From NCBI GenBank assembly GCA_021802825.1, contig JAJZRG010000009.1, positions 10,010-74,009 of the forward strand: a stretch of DNA of 64,000 nucleotides, in the 5' to 3' direction. This stretch comes from Chloroflexota bacterium. Lineage in GTDB: Bacteria > Chloroflexota > Limnocylindria > Limnocylindrales > CSP1-4. The translations under genes were made by a program, and so were the position numbers. The first letter of the stretch is position 1, and the number at the start of each line of letters is the position of its first letter. Below the pieces are notes generated by a model. The model ran no database searches, was not told the DNA's origin, and worked only from the letters and a program-made list of their open reading frames with translations. Positions 43,153-51,357 of the stretch are shown here, piece after piece.

Positions 43153-43935
43153 GTGATTGACTCGAAGGCGGGCGGGCTTGACCGATCCATCTCGATCCGG
43201 GCCCGCTGGGACGACTGCGACCGGTTCGGGCACCTCAACAACGCCGCGTACGTGGCATTGGCCAGGGAGGCGCACGACGCGCTGGCCGTTCCCGGCGCGC
43301 GCCTCGTCGAGTTCGAGATCTCGCATCGAGCGCCCGTGATGCACGGCGGATCGGTGGAGGTGCGCATCTCTGCATGGTCCGGCAATCACGGCCTGATCGC
43401 CACCTACCTGGAGTTCACGGACAGCGGCCGCTCCGCGGCGACCGCTCGTGCCCTATGGACCGACCAGTCTGACCTGCCACCCCGACCCTTGTCGTGCCCT
43501 GAGCCCGATGCAGGCGGCCGGTGGTTCGACTTTGAGGAGCCCGTCCGGACCTATCACCTAGGCCCGGACGGTCGGCTCCGGCCACAGGTGGCGCTTCAGT
43601 CCTTCGAGCACGCCGTCTTCAGGGCCGCCGCGGTGGCGGGATGGCCGCTCCGGCGGATGGACGAGGCCGGCTTCGTCAGCTTGGTGGTCAGTCACCATCT
43701 CGTCCTCGGTTGGGCGGTCGAACAGGGTGAAGCACTCCACGTCGCGAGCAGGCTTGTCGAAGTCCGTCGGGTCTCCGGAACGTGGCTGCATGAGTTGCGC
43801 CGGGGGGACGGTGCCCTCGTGGCCGCCGATCTCGCACGCGGCGCATTCCTGGATCGCGCTGGCCGGATTCGCCCCGCGCCTATGGGCCTGATCGACGACC
43901 TTCTGCTCGGCGAGCCTCAGCCGTCCGACGGCTAG
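43153..43935 (+). CDS. Tandem hotdog-fold acyl thioesterase
   Basis: RARWDDCDRFGHLNNAAYVALAREAH (4HBT-like motif), repeated weakly in the second half. Confidence 0.55.
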   Translation: MIDSKAGGLDRSISIRARWDDCDRFGHLNNAAYVALAREAHDALAVPGARLVEFEISHRAPVMHGGSVEVRISAWSGNHGLIATYLEFTDSGRSAATARALWTDQSDLPPRPLSCPEPDAGGRWFDFEEPVRTYHLGPDGRLRPQVALQSFEHAVFRAAAVAGWPLRRMDEAGFVSLVVSHHLVLGWAVEQGEALHVASRLVEVRRVSGTWLHELRRGDGALVAADLARGAFLDRAGRIRPAPMGLIDDLLLGEPQPSDG

Positions 43936-43982
43936 GGATGAAGGCTGTCGGGATTCAGCCTGACGAGGATTCACACCGCTGA

Positions 43983-43997
43983 CTCACCTCCTCCTCA
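43983..43997 (+). promoter_or_regulatory. Two phased CTCAC repeats upstream of the geranylgeranyl reductase gene (weak)
   Basis: CTCA at 43983 and 43994. Only two repeats, about 175 nt from the start. Confidence 0.25.
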
Positions 43998-44168
43998 CGG
44001 CACGATCCGAGGATGGGCCCGTGGGTGACGCTGGGGTCCACGCCTGGACGTCATCCACGCCAGTCCGGGAGAGCAGTGACCGATGCCTTCTCGCCAGCGA
44101 ACGCAGCTGTCGTCGGGCGCTCTGCCGCTCCGCAATCGCCGTGCCAGGCGCGAAGGGTAGCGTCTCCG

Positions 44169-45380
44169 ATGACGCGTCCTCGAGTCGCTGTTGTGGGCGC
44201 TGGTCCCGCGGGGAGCACTGCCGCTCGGCTCCTCGCGTCCAGAGGGGCGTCCGTGGTGCTGTTCGAAGGGCGGCCATTGCCCCGACCGAAGCTGTGCGGC
44301 GGAGGCCTTACCCCGAAAGCCCAGCGGCTCGTGCCGCGAGAAGCGCTTGACGTCGTCGAACGCCGCGTCGATCGGGTCGAGATCCGCACGCCTCATCTCG
44401 GGTCCTTCAGGATCGAGGTCCCTGGTGCCACGATCGCGATGGTCGAGCGGAGGCGGTTCGACCACGCCCTCGTGGCAGCGGCAGCACGCGCTGGGGCAGA
44501 CGTTCGCGACGCCACCCCAGTGACCGACATCGTCGAACGCCCCGACGGCGTGACAGTCAGGACCGCAACAGGACGTTACGAGGCCGACTGCGTCGTGATT
44601 GCGGACGGCGAGCCGAGCAGGCTCTCACGGGCAGTTGGACTGGGCAGCCCGGCGAACCGCCTGGCGCTGGCCCTCGAGATCGATGTGCCGCCGTCGCCAC
44701 TGGCCGCCCCGGACACCTCGGTCCTCTCGTTTGGGCTTCGAGGCGGGTACGGCTGGTACTTCCCGAAGAACGATCACGCCAGCTTGGGCGTGGGCTCCTA
44801 CCGCCATTCCCAGCACCGGCGGCTGCGGAACGACCTCGTCCACCTCGGTCGCGATCTCGGTCTGGAGGTGGACGCGAGGCGTGTGCGCGGCCACTGGATC
44901 CCGATGGGGCTCCGGGTGGGCTCTGTCGCCTCAGAGCGCATCGTATCGGCGGGTGACGCCGCTGCGACGGCCGACGCTCTGTTCGGAGAGGGGATCGCGT
45001 ACGCCCTGCTGTCCGGTGTCGTTGCTGCCCAGGCCATCAGCGACTGGTCCGTGGGTGCCATGCCCTCGCTCCGGGGCTATGACGGCCGACTTCGGCGCGC
45101 GCTGGGCCCGCCTCTCGGCCGACTGGGCCTCATCGCGGCGGCCACCGAGGTGTCGACGAGCGCGGCACTTCTCGCCGTGCGCCTGAGCGGCGCGGTGCGG
45201 GAGCGCGCTGTCGACGCGATCGGCGGGTGGTCGGCGCCATTCGACATTGACCGCCACTGCGAGGTGGCGTGCGCCTGCGACTTGCACGAGGACGAGCCGG
45301 CATCGGCATCCATAGCCAATGCGCACCAGAGGGCGGACAGACGCCACTGCGCAGGTTGCACGATGGCCTGCGCCGCCTGA
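44169..45380 (+). CDS. Geranylgeranyl reductase-family FAD-dependent oxidoreductase with Cys-rich C-terminal tail
   Basis: ORF 44013..45380, ATG 44169. VAVVGAGPAGSTAARLLA (GxGxxG), KLCGGGL, GDAAATADALFGEGI. Tail is DRHCEVACACDLHEDE...HCAGCTMACAA. Confidence 0.8.
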   Translation: MTRPRVAVVGAGPAGSTAARLLASRGASVVLFEGRPLPRPKLCGGGLTPKAQRLVPREALDVVERRVDRVEIRTPHLGSFRIEVPGATIAMVERRRFDHALVAAAARAGADVRDATPVTDIVERPDGVTVRTATGRYEADCVVIADGEPSRLSRAVGLGSPANRLALALEIDVPPSPLAAPDTSVLSFGLRGGYGWYFPKNDHASLGVGSYRHSQHRRLRNDLVHLGRDLGLEVDARRVRGHWIPMGLRVGSVASERIVSAGDAAATADALFGEGIAYALLSGVVAAQAISDWSVGAMPSLRGYDGRLRRALGPPLGRLGLIAAATEVSTSAALLAVRLSGAVRERAVDAIGGWSAPFDIDRHCEVACACDLHEDEPASASIANAHQRADRRHCAGCTMACAA

Positions 45381-45472
45381 ATCGCCCCTCGACTCAGGCA
45401 GCACGGTGGTCATCTTCCGCCCGCGCCGGGAAGTGCCGTGGCCACGTTTCAGGCGGGCTGCCAGATGAATAT

Positions 45473-45498
45473 CTCAGGTAACTCCCAGCAGCCGTTCA
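45473..45498 (+). promoter_or_regulatory. Phased array (CTCA, CCCA, TTCA) upstream of the LuxR-type regulator
   Basis: Repeats at 45473, 45484 and 45495. Lies 58-83 nt upstream of ATG 45556. Confidence 0.4.
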
Positions 45499-45555
45499 TT
45501 ATCGAGCGGGATGGTGGACCGTGCGGCGAGCCTACGCTGGCACGGAGTTCATCGG

Positions 45556-46290
45556 ATGTTTGACCTGAAGCCCGGGCCTAACGATTGCGCGGCCAACCGC
45601 CGCGAGCCGATCGTCGTCGCGGTCGAGGCGATCCCGCTGGTCAAGTCCGCCTTCGAGTCGCTCGTGGCGACGCTGCCCGGTGTTCGGCTGGCGGACCGTG
45701 CGGCAGGTGGTCCGATCGCGCCATCGGTGGTGCTGGAGGTCGACCTCGGGGATAGCCGAGGATCCGGCCGCCCAGCCATGCTTGCCATTTCGCGCTCGAG
45801 CAACGTCCTGCGGCTTGCGCCGACCTGGGAACCGGGCGACGCGAAGGGAGCGCTCCTCGACGGCGTCCTCGGTTGCCTGTCAACGAGCGCTTCGCTTGCC
45901 GAACTTGCGGCAGCGATTCGACAGGTCGCGCTCGGCGAGGTGACGCTGCCCCACGATGTGGCTCGCGCCCTGATCATGGGGAACGCAGGCGGCGCGCCCC
46001 CCGAGCGTCGCATGGACTCGGTCCTCAGCCCGCGCGAGAGAGAGGTTCTGCGATTGGTGTGCGATGGCCTGGGCAACAAGGAGATCGCCCAGCGGCTCTA
46101 CCTCAGCCTGCGCACGGTGGAGAACCACCTGGCTGCCGTCTACGCGAAGCTCGGGGTTGCGTCGCGCACGGAAGCGGCGGTGCTCGCCGTCCGGCGCGGC
46201 TGGTTCGCCGACATGCCAGACTCCATGTCGACCGGCCCAGAACAGGCAAAGGCTCAAGTCCCCGGAGACGCGGCGGTGGCCGGCCGCTAG
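45556..46290 (+). CDS. LuxR/NarL-type regulator with degenerate receiver domain
   Basis: ORF from 45511; ATG 45556 has a GGAG SD 8 nt upstream. C-terminal HTH LSPREREVLRLVCDGLGNKEIAQRLYLSLRTVENHLAAVYAKLGV. The N-terminal receiver-like fold lacks the acidic pocket (IVVAVEA). Confidence 0.75.
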   Translation: MFDLKPGPNDCAANRREPIVVAVEAIPLVKSAFESLVATLPGVRLADRAAGGPIAPSVVLEVDLGDSRGSGRPAMLAISRSSNVLRLAPTWEPGDAKGALLDGVLGCLSTSASLAELAAAIRQVALGEVTLPHDVARALIMGNAGGAPPERRMDSVLSPREREVLRLVCDGLGNKEIAQRLYLSLRTVENHLAAVYAKLGVASRTEAAVLAVRRGWFADMPDSMSTGPEQAKAQVPGDAAVAGR

Positions 46291-46537
46291 CCTCGTGAGG
46301 GGGAGTGAGCGGTCACCTCTCGCCTGGCGCGTCTCGCCCTGCCTGACCGCAGCAACGGCCGCTGCCGATGCCCCTCCGCTCGCTGGTTCCACCCCGGAAG
46401 GCGTTACCCCGGTCGAGGAGAGGACTTCGCGACCCACCCGCCGAGCCCATCGATTCTCGGACTGCCGCTCGTGAAGCGGGAAGGTGCCGAGAGGCGAGCG
46501 CCGGCGCGGAGTCCGACGCTCGCCCGTCTGTTGGCGC

Positions 46538-48211
46538 TCAGCGGAACATGGTCCGCGTCGCCCGAGCCATCACACGCGGGTCCTTCTCGTAGTGGTGAAG
46601 CGGGGTGAGCCGCTCCTCCGGGATCCCCAGGAAATGGTAGACGGCGATCTGCGCCGCGCGCACCGAGTACTGCTCGGTGAAGACCATGTCGAACGGCATC
46701 TCGCACCACTGGCTGATGAAGGCCAGGTTCTTCGAGTTCGCGGGCACGACCGCCGGCCGGTCGCCCACCGCGCGGCGGTTGAACATGGCGCTCGCGTAGG
46801 GCATGTGGCAGGGGATCACGTTGACGATCGAGGCGAGGATCTCGTCGGTCTTGCCGGCGATCCCGGTGGCGCTCTTGTCCGCCGTCGCCAGGTGGCCCAG
46901 CAGTTCGGTCAGGATCTCCCGGCCGGTCATCTCGATGGCCGGCTTCTTGACGAAGTCGCCTGAGCGCCGCGGGTAGAGGAAGTAGCCCCAGAGGACCCCC
47001 TCGTTGGGCTTCTGCGCCCGGTAGTGCGGCTGGTGGTGGACCACGATCGAGAGGCAAGCCGTCGAGTCGACGAACGTGTTGAGCGCGTTGCCCGGCAGCT
47101 GCTTGGTGATCCGCGAGATCTCGTTGATGAGCAGATGGCTGTCGGTGGTGATCGTGAAGCTGAGCCACTCGCTCTGCGAGCGGTCGCCGAAGAACTTCTC
47201 GGGATGGCCGAGGCCGTAGAAGTGCTCGGTCGCCTGCTGCCACAGCTCGGCGCTCGGTCCGAACCGGTGGTCCTCGGTGATGGCGGTGTCGAAGTCGCCG
47301 ATCGCCGCGCTGTCGGTGATCGAGCCGTTGGTGTCGAAGACGAAGTCGTCCTCGTCGACCGCGATGACACCGGTCTCGCACGTGGCCGTGTCCTCGTAGC
47401 GAAGTCCGGTCACGACGATCTCGTCCCGGAGTGGCGTGTCCCGAAACTCGAAGGCCGTGACCTTGCGGTTGTTCACGAACTTCACGCCCTTGCCTGCGAG
47501 CCAGGCGCGCATCGGCAGGATGACCGACTCGTACTGGTTGTACGGCGTGCGGGTCACGCCCTCTAGGGTGTTGATCCGGCTGAACTCGAGGATCATCCGG
47601 TTCATGTAGCGGCGCAGCTCCATGACGGAGTCCACCTCGAGGAACGCGAAGGTCGTCTTCCACATGAACCAGAAGTTGGTCGTGAAGAAATGCGGGCTGC
47701 TCGCGAACCACTCGGTGATGCTGACGTCGTCGAGCTCGCGCTCGCGGGACTCGGGCATCAGCATGAGCTTGCTCAGCAGGAAGCGGTCTCGCTGGGTGAA
47801 CTGCATGTGCTTGTAGTCGTTGGGCCCGTGGTCGCGGACGCCGATGGTGGCGTCGATCAGCCGGCCGACGTCGTGCGTCGGGTGGGCGTGGTCGAACTCG
47901 AAGATCTCCTCGGTCACCGACAGGCCCGGGCGCTCGAGCGACGGGATGCTGCCGAGGATGTCCCACAGGTTCTCGTAGGTCTCCTCGTTGAGCATCCGGC
48001 CGCCGCGGTTGAGGAAGCCGCGGCTGTTGCCCAGCCGGCCGTACCCGTACTCGGTCTCGAACTCGCTGGCCGCCTGCCCGTCGTTCGCGCCGTGGGAGTC
48101 AATCCCCATCAGCGTGATGTCCGAGCCGGACCACTTGCCGTCCCGGATGAGGTAGACGGCCGCGCTCAGGTTGCCGAGGCCGGCGCCGATCATGTAGGCC
48201 TTGTGCGTCAC
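46538..48211 (-). CDS. Oleate hydratase (MCRA family, FAD-dependent)
   Basis: ORF 46538..48538. GTG 48211 has a GGAG SD, and third-position GC collapses upstream of it. KAYMIGAGLGNLSAAVYLIRDG (FAD fold), NRGGRMLNEETYENLWDILGSIPS, FTTNFWFMWKTTFAF. Confidence 0.85.
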   Translation of the reverse strand: MTHKAYMIGAGLGNLSAAVYLIRDGKWSGSDITLMGIDSHGANDGQAASEFETEYGYGRLGNSRGFLNRGGRMLNEETYENLWDILGSIPSLERPGLSVTEEIFEFDHAHPTHDVGRLIDATIGVRDHGPNDYKHMQFTQRDRFLLSKLMLMPESRERELDDVSITEWFASSPHFFTTNFWFMWKTTFAFLEVDSVMELRRYMNRMILEFSRINTLEGVTRTPYNQYESVILPMRAWLAGKGVKFVNNRKVTAFEFRDTPLRDEIVVTGLRYEDTATCETGVIAVDEDDFVFDTNGSITDSAAIGDFDTAITEDHRFGPSAELWQQATEHFYGLGHPEKFFGDRSQSEWLSFTITTDSHLLINEISRITKQLPGNALNTFVDSTACLSIVVHHQPHYRAQKPNEGVLWGYFLYPRRSGDFVKKPAIEMTGREILTELLGHLATADKSATGIAGKTDEILASIVNVIPCHMPYASAMFNRRAVGDRPAVVPANSKNLAFISQWCEMPFDMVFTEQYSVRAAQIAVYHFLGIPEERLTPLHHYEKDPRVMARATRTMFR

Positions 48212-48385
48212 GTCTTGCTCCGCTTGTCGAGGTTTGGTGTGCTCTTGTGAGAGCAGAAGGTTGGGTGGGCGCGGTCGCCCGGCTACGCTGACCGGGAGGA
48301 CCATCTGCCCGCTCTGGCCGCGGATCGGCCCCGGATATCGCCCGGGTGGATCCCAGCGGATAGGTCGAAGTCTGCCGACCTGGGC

Positions 48386-48411
48386 TGAGTGGCGGCTGAG
48401 CCGAACCTGAG
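48386..48411 (-). promoter_or_regulatory. Phased YTCA-N7 array (x3) upstream of oleate hydratase
   Basis: Top-strand TGAG at 48386, 48397 and 48408. Confidence 0.5.
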
Positions 48412-48647
48412 GAGTGGAGATCGGGCTCGCCCGGCGGATTTCCTTGCAGTCGATCGTCAATCCGACGCGCTCAGGGGAGGAAGGCGCGCGAAGGCAGGAC
48501 CCCAGTCCCGATTTTGGGTTCTTCGAACCATCGCCCACGACCTTGTATGAGGAAATGCGACAGTCGGACGGGGGCCGCGCTCCTCGCGGGTGGCCACGGG
48601 ACTCGCGACACCACTCGAGTAGGGGTAATCACTCACCAGGGTCCTGA

Positions 48648-49400
48648 GTGATCACCCGCTTCCGGACCGCCGGCGATCCGGCTGTACTTGGAGGCATGGC
48701 ACCGCTATCGCCGTCATCCCAACAACGCCCTCCCTGCAGCCGCGTCGCGCTCCTGGGCACCATCGGCCACCTGCACGCCGAGGCTGTCAGGTATGACCTC
48801 GAGCGCCTGCGCAGGCTCGTCGAGACCCTCGAGCCCGATCTCCTCGCGGTCGAGGTCGAGCCCGACGCCTGGGAATCGGGCGACCCCGACCAACTGCCGC
48901 TCGAGGTCCGCGAGGCGCTGGCGCCGGCCAGCCGGCTGACCGACACCGTCGTCGTTCCCCTCGGAGCCCAGGCGCGCCTTGAGCCGGCGACCGATGACGG
49001 CGGGCTGCTTCGCCTTCGGACGGCCCTCATTCGGGGGGCCGACGACCTGCTGAACGCCATCGCCCGGGCCGTCGACAGTCCGGCCGTGGTGAGCCGGGGT
49101 GCCTACGCCCATTTCTGCGGTCAGGTGTGCAGCTTGGAGGCCGCCGCGGCCGGCAACACGAGCCGCGCCGCCTGGGCGCGCGCCAACGATCGGATCATCG
49201 AGCGGCTGCGCGAGGTCGTGTCCGCGAACCCCGGAAGCCGAGTGCTCCTCGCGGTCAACTGCCGACGGGTCCACCTGCTGACGCGCAGGTTGCAGGGCCT
49301 GGCCGACGAGATCGAGCTCGTCCGCTTCGAAGATCTCAACCCCCTCAACCCGATGCCGTCTCTGCGTTCCGCGCGAGCGGAGGAAGGAGCGACTCGATGA
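48648..49400 (+). CDS. Hypothetical protein (possible TraB/GumN-like fold)
   Basis: GTG 48648 or ATG 48696. VALLGTIGHLHAE resembles the LGT.H motif of the TraB/GumN family. Otherwise unassigned. Confidence 0.4.
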   Translation: MITRFRTAGDPAVLGGMAPLSPSSQQRPPCSRVALLGTIGHLHAEAVRYDLERLRRLVETLEPDLLAVEVEPDAWESGDPDQLPLEVREALAPASRLTDTVVVPLGAQARLEPATDDGGLLRLRTALIRGADDLLNAIARAVDSPAVVSRGAYAHFCGQVCSLEAAAAGNTSRAAWARANDRIIERLREVVSANPGSRVLLAVNCRRVHLLTRRLQGLADEIELVRFEDLNPLNPMPSLRSARAEEGATR

Positions 49401-50998
49401 CAGTGAACCGAATCCCTGACGTGGTGCCCAACGCAGGCGTCACGGCCGCGACGCTCCGGCGCCGGTGGTGGGCACTCGGCGCCCTTTCGCTCGCCATGCT
49501 CGTGCTGACCCTGGACGTGACGGTGCTCACGGTCGCGCTGCCCACCCTGGCTGGTGCGCTCGACGCATCCGAGTCGGACATGCAGTGGTTCTTCACGGCC
49601 TACCTTGTGGCCCTCGTGGCTGCGGTACTGCCGATAGGTCTCGTTGGCGATCGCTTCGGGCGCAAGCCGCTGCTCGTCGCGGGCCTCATCGCGTTCGGGG
49701 CGGGCTCGGCGGCCCTGGCCTACGCCCCGAGCGCGGCGGCGTTCATCGGCCTGCGCGTCGGGCTGGGGCTCGCCGCCGCGGCGATCATCGTCATGACGAT
49801 CTCGTTCATCACTGTGCTCTTCGACGAGGCCGAGCGGCCCCGGGCGATCGGGATCTGGGGGGCCGCCAACTTCCTGGGCCTGCCCCTCGGCCCCATCCTC
49901 GGCGGCTGGATCCTGTCCAACGCCTGGTGGGGCTGGATCTTCCTCATCAACGTCCCGATCGCGCTCGTCGCGCTTGCGGCGGTCCTGTCGTTCATGCCCG
50001 GGTCGCGGGCGGATCGTGCACCCGGCCTCGACATCGGCGGGGTCCTCCTCTCGGCAGGAGGTCTGGCAGCCCTGATGTACGGCATCATCGAGGCGGGCGA
50101 CAACGGCTGGGGCGACCCGACCGCGATCGGGTTCATGGCGGGCGGCCTGGTCGTGCTGGTCCTGTTCGCGCTGTGGGAGGCGTGGCTCACCGCCCGCTCT
50201 GGCGCCTCGGCGCTCGTCGACCTGTCGCTGTTCCGGTCGCCCAGCTTCACCTGGGGGACGCTCCTCACTGCGTTCGGACTCTTCGGCCTCTACGGCGTCC
50301 TCTTCGTGCTGCCCCAGTACACCCAGGCGATCATGGGGCTCGACCCCCAGGGCTCCGGCCTCCGGCTGCTGCCGGCCATCGGCGGGCTGGTCGTGGGCGC
50401 CGTGACGGCCCACCGCGTGGCTGCCCGGATCGGCGCCAAGCTCAGCGTCGCTGCCGGCTTCGCCGTACTCGCCGCTGGCCTGGCGCTGGGCGCGACGATG
50501 ACGGCCTCGAGCGGCGACGGGCCCATGGCGGCCTGGTCGTTCGTCGCTGGACTTGGCGGCGGCTTGGGTTTCGCCACCGCCGCGTCGGCCGCCCTGGTCG
50601 AGCTGTCGGCCGAGCGCAGCGGCGTCGGCTCGGCCGTCCTCCAGGCGATCAACAAGCTCGCCCCCGCGCTTGGGGCGGCCATCCTGGGTAGCGTCCTCAA
50701 TGCCACCTATCAGGCTCAGGTGCACGTGGCTGGGCTGCCGGCGCAGGCGGTTGACGCCACCCAGAGCAGCGTGTTCGGCGGGCTGTCGGTCGCCCAGCGG
50801 CTGGGCTCTGCCACCCACCTCGCGTCGGTCCAGGCGGCGTTCGTGGCCGGGCTCGACGACGCCCTCCGCGTTGGTGCGCTCGTGGTCCTGATTGGCGTCC
50901 TGGTGGCACTGGCGCTCCTTCCGGCAGGCGAGTCTGAGCGCCGGAGAGTCGCGCAGCCGGGTCGGAACGAAGCCGCATCAGCGAACCCGCCCGGATGA
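49397..50998 (+). CDS. MFS transporter, DHA2 (EmrB/QacA, 14-TM) type
   Basis: ATG 49397 (ATGA overlap). LPIGLVGDRFGRKPLL (motif A), GWIFLINVPIALVALAAV, 14 predicted TM helices. Confidence 0.85.
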   Translation: MTVNRIPDVVPNAGVTAATLRRRWWALGALSLAMLVLTLDVTVLTVALPTLAGALDASESDMQWFFTAYLVALVAAVLPIGLVGDRFGRKPLLVAGLIAFGAGSAALAYAPSAAAFIGLRVGLGLAAAAIIVMTISFITVLFDEAERPRAIGIWGAANFLGLPLGPILGGWILSNAWWGWIFLINVPIALVALAAVLSFMPGSRADRAPGLDIGGVLLSAGGLAALMYGIIEAGDNGWGDPTAIGFMAGGLVVLVLFALWEAWLTARSGASALVDLSLFRSPSFTWGTLLTAFGLFGLYGVLFVLPQYTQAIMGLDPQGSGLRLLPAIGGLVVGAVTAHRVAARIGAKLSVAAGFAVLAAGLALGATMTASSGDGPMAAWSFVAGLGGGLGFATAASAALVELSAERSGVGSAVLQAINKLAPALGAAILGSVLNATYQAQVHVAGLPAQAVDATQSSVFGGLSVAQRLGSATHLASVQAAFVAGLDDALRVGALVVLIGVLVALALLPAGESERRRVAQPGRNEAASANPPG

Positions 50999-51238
50999 GC
51001 GCCCCAGGGCCGTGTCGCGTTGAAGGCCTTGCGACGGCCGGAACGGCCGGCTCGCCGACCGCGTTTTCCTGGATTGAGCGGGCCCACCACCGCTACTACC
51101 GCGCCCTCGCGCACCGACCCCCGAGCTCGTCGGCTCCCGTTTGCGCTAGCCGGGTCGACGAGGATCACTGGGGCACATGCCCTGTCGCAGCGATGCCGCG
51201 CGCCTCGGGCTCGCCGTGACGTAGGAACCGGCTCGAGT

Positions 51239-51253
51239 CTCATCTGCGGCTCA
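51239..51253 (+). promoter_or_regulatory. Two phased CTCAT repeats upstream of the P1B-ATPase
   Basis: CTCAT at 51239 and 51250. About 105 nt upstream of GTG 51358. Confidence 0.35.
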
Positions 51254-51357
51254 TCGCGCGGCCAGCTGAGCGCGCCATGATCTCCCCGACCGCCCCGATT
51301 CGTAACACCTGTTCAAGGGACGGACAATCTCCCCACAGAGAGCCAGTGGAGCACGCC

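Noticed and set aside
48212-48538. N-terminal extension of the oleate hydratase ORF (ATG 48304, or the ORF start at 48538) and the plus-strand ORF 48414..48647.
   Set aside because: Third-position GC collapses upstream of GTG 48211, which has a GGAG SD. The FAD-binding GxGxxN motif starts 7 residues after that GTG. The upstream stretch contains the phased array and reads as non-coding.
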